DNA of 16,541 bases. Source: Octopus sinensis (lineage: Eukaryota). How positions within the stretch are numbered: the first letter of the stretch is position 1; each line of letters starts with the position of its first letter. The stretch spans positions 1 through 16,541 of the forward strand of contig NW_021825146.1 of assembly GCF_006345805.1 (NCBI RefSeq). Direction: 5' to 3'. The position numbers were made by a program, and so were the translations under genes. Of the stretch, positions 1 to 9,088 are shown piece after piece. The notes beneath the pieces are model-generated. The model was not told the origin of the DNA. It was given only the letters and a program-made list of their open reading frames with translations, and made no database searches.

Positions 1-316
1 GAAAACCGTAGAATCGGAGGCGAGGGTTTCTGAACCGAATGCCTATGGATTATTCCTACACAATATGACCCTCGATTTTGCTTCCGTTTAACTGAAAGAA
101 AGGTTCATATTTTTAATATAATTTTTGACATATTGTGTACATGCTGATTATATTGGAATTCTTTTAGAAAAGTTTATTCCTAGAGGTAGGGGGAATTTCG
201 AAAATTCCTATATCGGCATTTTTTGGACGAAGAAAGCTTTGATGAAATAATGAAAGAAATATGCAATCAATCTACTAATTTACTACCACACCCACCCATC
301 CACACACATGTATATA

Positions 317-545
317 TACTCTTTACTCTGTACTGTTTTACTTGTTTTAGGTCATTTGATTGCGGCCATGCTGGAGCACCGCCTTTAGACAGGCAAATCG
401 ACCCAGGGCTTATTTTTTTCTAAGCCTATTACTTATTCAATCACCCTCATTTTCCCGAACCGCTAAGTTACGGGGTCGTAAAGACACCAGCATCGTTTGT
501 CAAGCGATGTTGTGGGGACAAATAGAGACACACAAACATACAATA
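317..545 (-). mobile_element. SINE fragment (3' half of an abundant cephalopod-type SINE; tRNA-like head absent)
   Basis: Contains TTTTACTTGTTTTAGGTCATTTGATTGCGGCCATGCTGGAGCACCGCC...CCGAACCGCTAAGTTACGGGG. The GCTGGAGCAC core recurs, diverged, at ~15780-15795 (opposite strand) and ~16288-16300. Family and orientation come from memory of Octopus repeats. Confidence 0.7.
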
Positions 546-555
546 CACATGTATT

Positions 556-616
556 GTATGTATGTATGTTATGGTATGTATGTATGTATGTATGTATGTA
601 TGTATGTATGTATGTA
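556..616. repeat. (TATG)n microsatellite
   Basis: Direct tandem TATG units. Confidence 0.95.
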
Positions 617-699
617 GGAAGGGGGAACTCTTGAGAGTCAACGGCCATCCAATAAATGTTTAATGTTTTCTTTCTTTTTTCTTTTTCTTTTTGTTAATG

Positions 700-3600
700 C
701 TTAAGGCTGTATCATACGCGGGGACATAGAAATAATCGGACTGAATACCCGATCGCGCGGTTAAACCATTGGGAGTGAAGGACTCCTAGCCTTTGTTAGG
801 GTATCCTTCTAGGAGAAGGTAACTCAGGTAACTGGGAAAACTCCGACATAAAACCTGCAGCTCAGTGGTTACCGATGATGTTGACTTGTTCTTCTTTTAT
901 GATTATGGTTGCTGTTGCTTAGTGAGTGGGATTAACTCAGTGCACAGCCTTTCCTCACTTTAAATAAATCTTTTTGCACAGGCATTGCACGATAACAACA
1001 TTGGATTGATTAAAGTGATTAACTAATTCATGATTGTTGATAGTGCTGTGAGTCTCAACTGAATGGCTGGCTGTAGCCTTAAAAAGCAAAAATCAATGAT
1101 GTACCAAAACAGTATAAAAATAAATGGCAGTAAGGACTCTGGAACCACATCAGCTGAAAGAGTCTGGCCCGGCAGGGGCTCCAGAGCATCACAGTCTGAA
1201 CCCGGCCGTCATCATGCTACTGTGATAGAACCAAAGAAAATAATGAATATTGGCTGTTGGAATGTACGGACACTGCTTGACCATAAGTCCTCTGAATGTC
1301 CTGAAAGAAGGACTGCGCTTGTTGCGAAGGAGCTTCAACGCTATGATCTTGACATCGTTGCTTTATCTGAGACGAGATTACCTGGAAATGGTCATCTTAC
1401 AGAATCTTGTGGAAAATATACATTCTTTTGGAAAGTGAGAGATGAAGAGTTTAGAGGAGAAGCCGGAGTGGCATTTGCTGTTAAGACTACTCTTGTGGAC
1501 AAGTTGGAAGAATTCCCAGTCGGAATTAACGAGCGTCTTATGTCCATGAGAATTTCTTTGGCTAAAGGAAATTTTATGACCTTGGTGAGTGTGTATGCTC
1601 CAACTATGTGCTATACTGATGACGAAAAACTTTCTTTCTACCATGCTTTGAAGAGCATTATAAGAAATATCCCTCGGGCAGACAAAGTCATCGTACTGGG
1701 TGACTTTAATGCTAGAGTGGGTAGGGATTTTAACACATGGACTGTTATTGGAAAGCATGTGGTGGGGAAGTGTAATAGTTATGGCATGCTTTTGCTGCAG
1801 ATGTGTGAGGAGCTGCGTCTGTGTGTTACCAATACTATGTTTCAACAAAAGAATAAGCTTAAGACTACATGGATGCACCCTGCATCTAAAGAATTGCATA
1901 TTCTGGATTACATCCTAGTTAGGGTGCGTGACAGACAGGATGTGCAGTGTGATCGTGTTCTTCGTGGAGCTGAGTGTTGGACTGACCACCGCCAAGTACG
2001 TGCAACAGTGAAATTAGTCACAAAACATAAAATCCGAGCTGCAGGAATGACCCTGCCTAAAAGACTGAATGTTGGTATAATAGTGAGAAGAGAACTTTAC
2101 GAGAGGAAATGAATGCTGCAGATATTGGGGAGGATTAGCCGATCCTTAAAAATTCAGTTTATGATATATGCAGGAAAGTTCTGGGATTGATATAAAGAAA
2201 TCATCAAGATTGGTTCAAAGAAAATGATGAACATATAGATGATTTATTGGCTGATAAAAGACGTACTTTGTCACGCTATTTGTCAGCAAAGTCACAGGAA
2301 AGGGAAGCGTTGCATAGGGAACTCAAGGACGTAAAATCAAGTGTGAGGCAAAGGCTCTCTCAGATGAGGGATACGTGGTGGAGTAAGAAGGCTGACGAGA
2401 TACAGGCGGCATCAGATTCCAATAAAACAAAGCTGCTGTATGGTCTCTTGCGAGAAGTTTATGGACCGACATCTTCCCTGATGACACCAATTCGAAGCAG
2501 GGATGGTAAAGAACTTCTTCGTGATTCACAAGGAATTCTGCGAAGGTGGCAAGATCACTTTGATGAACTTTTGAATTAGCAGTCTGTAGTTAGTGAGGAT
2601 GTTCTCAATCTCATCCCTGGATTGCCTGTGAAGGCAGCGCTCGCAGAACCACCAAAGATGGAAGAGGTTGCAATGGCTGTCTCAAGGTTGAATAATGGGA
2701 ATCTCCGGGTGTGGATGGCATACATACGGAGTTGTTACAGCATGGTGGTGAGAAAATTCTGCAGAAACTTCACTCTTTGTTTGGTAAGGTATGGACTAGT
2801 GAATCTGTACCTGAGGACTGTAGAGATGCAGTAATGGTGGCCCTGTATAAGGGAAAGGGCAACAGGAATGACTGTGGTAACTATAGGGGAGTATCATTGC
2901 TGTCTGCTGTAGGAAAGGTTTTATGTAGGATACTTCTGGATCGTCTGCTGAAATACATTGCAGATTGTGTTCTTCCATAAAGTCAATCTGGCTTTCGCGT
3001 GGGACGTGGCACTGCTGGTATGATCATTTCAGTTAGACAGCTTCAGGAAAACTGTGTGGAACAGGGTCTGAATATTCTGGCACCGACCCTATTTTCCATA
3101 TATTTCGCGATGGTGTTCAGTATTGCATTCAGAAACTGCAGATACGGTGTTTACGTCCATTATCGAACCTCTGGCAGCATATTTAATATCAGGCGCCTTG
3201 CTGCAAAAACAAAGATATTTACCTCTATCATAAGAGACATTTTGTATGCTGATGATTGTGAGCTGGTAGCACACACAGAGATTGATATGCAACACATTTT
3301 GAATGCATTCTCGGATGCTTGCACTGCCTTAGGATTGACAGACAATCTCAAGGAAACTGTTCGACTTGATGTAGTCGATCAGTTTGTCTACCAGGGAAGC
3401 ACTATTAATAGATATGGCAATGTGGATGATGAAATTCCATATAGAATTAGGAAAGCAAGTGTTGCTTTCGGAAGGCTAGAAAAGCGCCTCTGGAGTCGGC
3501 GAGACATATGCAGAAAGACAAAGATAAAGGTGTACAAGGCATGTGTGCTCCTTTCTATTCTTTATGCCTGCGAGACGTGGGTCATATATGGATATCACCT

Positions 3601-4423
3601 TAAACAACTGGAACGTTTCCATCAGACGGATCTATGGCATTAAGTGGAAGGGCTGCATCAGTGATCTTGAAATACTCGAAGGCTGTCGCTGTGAAATCAT
3701 AGAAGCTCTTCTGTTAAAGCAAAGGCTCAGATGGAGTGGTCTTCTGGTCAGAATGATGGATTCAAGGATGCCAAAACAACTCTTTTATGGAGAATTAGCT
3801 AAAGGAGAACGACCTCCACATAAACCAAAAAAGTGGTATAAGGACTTGCTGAAGGCTTCCTTAAGAGATGCTTGCATCTATCCTGACACATGGGAAGGCA
3901 TAGCTATTGATCGTAGCAGGTGGAGAAGGATTGTGCAAGAGGGGACAGCCACATTTGAGAAATCTCGAGTTGCACATGAGAAAGTAAGGAGGGATGTCAA
4001 GAAGGGCATCACTGGTATACTTCCAGAAGGGAAGGGTCTTCCTTTGATTCTGACATGCGATGTCTGTGCAAGACCCTGCCTCAGTAAAGCTGGACTCATG
4101 AGTCAGCTTTGTAGTCATAAAACGAGACAGATGAGTGACAACCTGGCCACTGGTGGTGGTGTAACACACCATACTAATCATATCTGTCGGGCATGTGGAA
4201 GAGAGTGTAATTCGGCAGGAGGACTTAAACGACATGCAGAGGTACATGAAGCCCAGTTACAACTACAACCGGCTATTACCAGTAAAGGCTTTAGTTGCCA
4301 ATTTTGTACAAGACATTGTAGATCTTTAGCTGGGCTAAAAAGTCACATTCGATCACAGCACCAATAACAGTTAAGAATCGTGCAAAGGCCATACTCGATA
4401 AGGAGGGGGCAGCCATAAAAAAA
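700..4423 (+). mobile_element. RTE-clade non-LTR retrotransposon, decayed; 5' boundary approximate
   Basis: Single long APE-RT reading frame broken into pieces, no ORF1, C-terminal zinc fingers. A short 3' UTR ends GGAGGGGGCAGCCAT plus A7 (4417-4423). The 5' end lies somewhere between 617 and 1063 and cannot be fixed from the sequence. Confidence 0.85.
1063..4367 (+). pseudogene. RTE polyprotein pseudogene: APE endonuclease + reverse transcriptase + 3 C2H2-type fingers
   Basis: APE motifs GCWNVRTL, LSETR, SVYAPT, LGDFNARVG, TWMHP, LDYIL, TDH (1063-2112). RT motifs LYKGKG..DCGNYRGVSLLSAVGK, ILAPTLFSIYF, LYADD (YADD 3245-3256). Later RLRWSG..RM..SRMPKQLFYGEL. In-frame stops at ~2136, ~2193, 2577 and 2978, several frameshifts, and internal deletions. 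Confidence 0.9.
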
Positions 4424-4424
4424 G

Positions 4425-4760
4425 GTAAAACCCAACGCAAACAACAGCCACACCAACACCACAAAAACATATACAGCAAACATGCTCACAGCCATAGACA
4501 CCAAAAACACAAATTTGATGGAATACATCCAATCAAAAACAAACATAACAGAAGATGACATAAAAACAAACAATCACCCATACACAACACCACCAGACCA
4601 CATCAAAATATTACACATCTCCAAAAGTCTGCACCACACACTCAAAGGCATTTTCCCCAGTGCGGTTGGTAAATGCCAAAAATATCTCACAAAGAAACTG
4701 TACTGGGATCTTCTCGAGGACAAACCAACGGAGGAGAAAGCAAAAACTTTCGAGCAGTAA
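4425..4760 (+). pseudogene. Probable C-terminal fragment of ORF1 of the L1/Tx1-like element
   Basis: The frame is open from the junction with the RTE A-tail to TAA at 4758-4760 (~111 codons, T/N/K-rich start) and stops 31 nt before the ORF2 ATG at 4792. No recognisable domain. Confidence 0.6.
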
Positions 4761-4791
4761 GTAACCCTCTGTATTCTAATTCATTAGAACT

Positions 4792-7700
4792 ATGATCAAG
4801 ATTGGTTGTGTAAATGCGCGTGGCTTGGGGTCCCCTTGGAAACAAGGGTACCTCTTAAATGACATAAAGTCACATAAGTTAGAAATCATAGCCATAAGCG
4901 AGACCAGACTCCACAATCCGCGGCCCTAAAGACCATGTTTGGCGGACAGTTCAACATTTATTTTTCCCCCTGTCTGCCGAGAATGGGCGGTAGTGGCACC
5001 GCGGTACTTTTACACAAGAGTCTGGATCTCAATGTAAGGACAATATTCGTAGACCCGGAGGGTAGACTGGTCGTCCTGGATGTCGACGGCAGCAATGGGT
5101 GCGCTTTTCGACTCGTATCAGTTTACGCACCGCCCTTAACAGGTCGGGCGGATTTCTTTCAACGTCTAGAAGTTTTCTTGGGAACGTCTCGTCCTTTACT
5201 CTTAGTGGGGGATTGGAATGCTACCTTGGACACGCATGTAGACTACGTGGGTAGAGATAGGAATAGACGGGGATGCAAATGCCTCAGAGACCTGCTCAGA
5301 CGCTTTCAACTGTCTGACAGGTTCCGACTAGACCACCCGAATGCGCCAACGTGGACATGGAGCAACCGCATCGGGTCGTCGAGATCGTATCTAGATAGGA
5401 TACTGTGTAGGACAGTAGATAGAGATAGCATAGGATGTCCACAATTCCACATAGTCAGCTACACGGATCACAAACTTGTGACATGTACGCTAGACTTAGG
5501 TAAGACACTTAGGCAGGGTCCCGGATACTGGAAACTAAACGCGTCTTTCCCATCGAGACAAGTTTTCAGAGACCGGATTAGCACACTAGTAAAGAGGGCT
5601 TTGACGGGAGCCATCATCAACAACAAATGGTGGTTTGCCCTCAAGAGAGCAGTAAAAGCAGAAGCGATTAGGTACAGCAAAGCACTAGCCATAGATAGAA
5701 ATAGAGTAGAGGGTGAGCTAGTTAAGAAGCTAGAAGAGGCAATTAGAAGCGGCATCGCATCCGACGTTTTGGCGGCGAGGTTGGCCCTCGACCAACACTT
5801 CAACGCCAAACACGAAGGATGTGCTGTCAGAGCTAGGATGCGTGCTCTAAGGAACGAAGGTGTTGGAGCCGCGAGAGAGGCCCGGGTGGCAGAGGCGCAA
5901 CAGGGCAACAAAGCCACCATTCGGTCACTGGTAGATGAACAGGGGCGCGAATTGCTCGAGCCAAGTAAAATGTGTGAGGCCTTTCAGCAGCATTTTGCCC
6001 GACTGTTCGGAACGAGTGGAGGGCAAGAACGTAGGGTGGACTTCAGTGCCTACCTACATAGCCTACCACGACTCTCGACAAGAAAGGCAGAGTGCTGCGA
6101 AGGTGCCATCACGGCGGCGGAAGTGCGGGAAGCGATGGCAAATGCTCGAGGGACAAATCACCGGGTTTGGATGGTCTACCCTACGAGCTTTACAATTGTA
6201 TGCCAGACTTGTTTGGAGATCTCTTGGCAGCGGTGTACTGCAACTGGCAGCAAAACGGGAGCATTCCTGGTTTTGTGAGCCGAGGAGCCGTAACACTGCT
6301 GAAGAAAGATCTAAACAAGGGAAATGTAATAGATAACTTTAGGCCCATCACTCTGCTTAATGCAGACTTGAAAATTTTGGCCAAGGTGCTAGCCAAGAGG
6401 TTGGCGCTGTCATCGAGAAACTGGTCGACAAGGCGCAAACATGCGCCGTGCCAGGCCGGACCATCCATGACAACCTCCATCTGATGCGCTACATCATAGA
6501 CAGGGTAGTTAACGAACCTGGCATGGGTGGGGCCCTGATCAACTTGGATCAATCGAAAGCCTTTGATAGGGTAGACCATCGATACTTGGAGGCAGTCCTG
6601 AGAGCGGCTGGTTTCGGTCCCGTCTTCCGCGGCTGGATAGCTGCCTTGTACAGAGGCATCCGTTCGGTAATTCGCGTAAATGGACATCTATCGAGACCTT
6701 TCGACATTGCACGTTCGGTCCGTCGGGATGCCCCCTCTCGGCGCTTCTATACGTATTGACTCTTGAGCCACTACTGCGGAAGCTGGCGACTCTAAGGGGC
6801 ATCCCGCGAGAATTGGGATGCGGGACGAGCGTGTCTGCATACGCGGACGACGTCACCGTCATAGTGTCTAGCCACGAGCACATCGAGCTGGTCGGCGAGA
6901 CACTGAAAAACTACGAAGCGGTGACAGGAGCGAAAATCAACCGGAAAAGTCAGTGGGCTTGCGACTAGGCACCTGGAGAAGCAAGCCCATGCCGTCCACC
7001 AGCGCCTCCGTCGTGGGACGCTGGACCGACGGCCCGGTTGAGTTGCTCGGGGTCTGGTTCGGTCCGGACCTCCAAGTGGAGAAGAACTGGAACGAGATAA
7101 CGAGTAGGGTGGTCACTCTCGCCCGGCAATGGGCCGAGAGGAAACTGTCCCTAAAAGGTCGAGCGGAGGTGGCGAACACGTACATCGCGTCCGTCATCTA
7201 CTACCGCCTGACCGTCGTACCTTGTCCCGACCCTACCATCACCAAACTACAACGCATCCTCTTTCGCTTCTTGTGGAAAGGATGCGTCCCGATGGTCAGG
7301 CGATCCATTTGCTATCAACACCCGTTAAAAGGAGGGCTGGGCATGCCGTGGTTGATGATGCGCAGACACGCGCTGAGACTGCGACATCTCTGGCTCTATG
7401 TAGACGACGGTGAATAGGTGTGGTCGCCGTTTGTGAGGCACGCTTTCCCGCAGCTCGTCTCCATGACCGAACTGCAGTCGTGGATCAAAAAGAGGCCGAG
7501 GAAGGCGAATGGCACCGCGAGTGTCGCGTTGCTCTCAAGCAACTCTGCCGTCCTGGGTCGACCTTAAGTGACTTCAACACAACCAAAGCATTCTATAGGG
7601 GTTTAGTGGAGGGGAGGTACGACGACGAGCTCGGGGCGAACCTGGACGTCGACGAGGAGTACCTGACCCGCCTGTTCGGGACGACTTTCGGGCCAGGGCC

Positions 7701-8222
7701 CATGGACAACTTCCAGAGATCCCTGGCCTGGCAGTGCTACCGAGAAGCGCTACCGTTCGGGATAAGCTCTACAGACACGGCTCGAGAAACACGGGGCCGA
7801 CCTGCCCGAGATGCGGTCAGAGCGACGAAACCGTTCTGCACGCACTCGTTCAGTGTCCAACAATTTCCGACCTGTGGGCTTATGTCGAACAACTGCTGTC
7901 ACGTGTGGGACGAGTCGGTTTATCAGCTGAGTCTATCGTCAATATTGTCACGCCTCCTTCCTTCAAACGGGAAGGAAGAGCTATTTTCATCATCCTTGTG
8001 GCTATGGCGAAAGAATGTATCTGGTGGACGCGTCTGAAAGGATTGGAGACAAACACTTTCCTCTCTGGTCAATCTCTCATCAACTTCTTCAAGTACCACT
8101 TGAAAAGGAAAGTGAGAGTAGAGAGGCAAGTTTTGTCTAGCGAATGTTTTAAAAAAAGATGGGTGAATGTAGCAAGAATGGCACGTATGAATGACGAAGC
8201 CACCTTGAGCATAGTCCTATGA
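4792..8222 (+). pseudogene. L1/Tx1-like ORF2 (APE endonuclease, reverse transcriptase, zf-RVT/CCHC), frameshifted in this sequence
   Basis: Starts MIKIGCVNARGL...ISETR at 4792, upstream of the supplied ORF track. Motifs VSVYAP, VGDWNA, SYLDRI, TDHKLV, GPGYWKLN, KSPGLDG, NFRPITLLNADLKILAK, DQSKAFDRVDH, VR(Q)GCPLS, YADD (6840-6851), CPRCGQSDETVLHALVQC (7803-7856). Seven -1 frameshifts and one TAG (7415-7417). Confidence 0.92.
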
Positions 8223-8304
8223 ACCCAGAAATCGAAAACAGAGAGTTGCTTATTTGCAAAAAAAAAAAAAAAAAAAAGAAATATAAAATGTGACTTCATT
8301 GACC

Positions 8305-8354
8305 GAGGTTACCGTGGTCTTTTCCGTAGGCTTTTCTTTCCACGGGTAAACCTC
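8305..8354 (+). other. Stem-loop in the 3' UTR of the L1/Tx1-like element
   Basis: GAGGTTACCGTGG (8305-8317) pairs with CCACGGGTAAACCTC (8340-8354): 13 bp with two 1-nt bulges and a 22-nt loop. Confidence 0.6.
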
Positions 8355-8621
8355 ACCTGTCCTCCCCTTTACACTTCATATTGACATTTCTGTGATAACG
8401 ATCCCTATTGATCAATTTTTTTTCCTCTCCCCTTTTTTTTTTTTTTTTTAACCCCCCCCCCTTTTTTTTTTTTTTTTTTGTCCTCTTTCTCTCCTTTTAC
8501 GATCCCTTTTGATCGAAACTCCCCCTCCCTTTTTTTTTTTTTTTTTAAACCTTCAAAAGAAAAGCTCTACCTTGTAATTTGTTCTATCTGTGTGCAGCCC
8601 TGTGTGGCTAATAAAGAAACA

Positions 8622-8647
8622 TATCTATCTATCTATCTATCTATCTA

Positions 8648-8686
<39 letters not shown>

Positions 8687-8864
8687 ATATCTTTCTATCT
8701 ATATATCTATCTATCTACCTACCTATCTATCTATATTATATTTATATATATATATATATATTATATATATATCTATTAATATATATGTATGTATATATAT
8801 ATAATATATAATATATATATATAATATATATACATGTATATACATGTATATATATGTATGTATG

Positions 8865-8898
<34 letters not shown>
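8622..8898. repeat. Compound (TATC)n then (TA)n microsatellite; tail of the L1/Tx1-like element
   Basis: TATC units ~8622-8735 start a few nt after AATAAA and grade into TA repeats up to 8898. Confidence 0.92.
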
Positions 8899-8904
<6 letters not shown>

Positions 8905-9011
8905 TCGGGGTGAGTACTTGATAATTATAAGCACCTGTGTATACCGTTTAGTGGTGTAGGTGGTGGAGTAAATTGATCAAAATAAAATAAAAACATGATG
9001 CGAAGGATTCA

Positions 9012-9088
9012 GCGGTACATATGTTTCGGGCCTTTATTAGACAGATTTATAACAATGCATATGTATGTCTGTGGCTTTCTTCAGCCGC
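9012..9088 (-). ncRNA. Type I hammerhead ribozyme motif (PLE-type, minimal palindromic helix III)
   Basis: Minus strand reads GCGG-CUGAAGA-AAGCC-AC-AGACA-(22 nt)-UGUCU-AAUAAA-GGCCC-GAAAC-AUAU-GUA/CCGC. Helix I is GCGG:CCGC, both core boxes are intact, helix III is AC-AUAU-GU, and the triplet is GUA. Two A.C mismatches sit at the base of helix II. Confidence 0.75.

Larger units (their letters stand above)
4424..8620 (+). mobile_element. L1/Tx1-like non-LTR retrotransposon, 5'-truncated within ORF1
   Basis: ORF1 tail, 31-nt spacer, ORF2 (APE-RT-CCHC), ~400-nt 3' UTR, AATAAA at 8610-8615, then a (TATC)n tail. GPGYWKLN and the CxxC-x8-H-x4-C finger fit L1/Tx1. Tx1 versus other L1 subclades was not tested by phylogeny. 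Confidence 0.85.

Noticed and set aside
1-316. Host exon or gene at the window start (ORF 223-423) or in 15850-16035
   Set aside because: The ORF runs into a SINE, has a non-ATG start and shows no recognisable motif or supported splice structure.
617-1062. HDV-like ribozyme in the RTE 5' UTR, known from some RTE elements
   Set aside because: I could not assemble the nested double pseudoknot or a proper L3 and J4/2 by eye. A descriptor search (e.g. RNArobo) would be needed.
5468-8299. Minus-strand ORFs of 68-165 aa overlapping the L1/Tx1-like ORF2, and similar ones over the RTE
   Set aside because: They are antisense shadows of a GC-rich coding region with no independent motifs.
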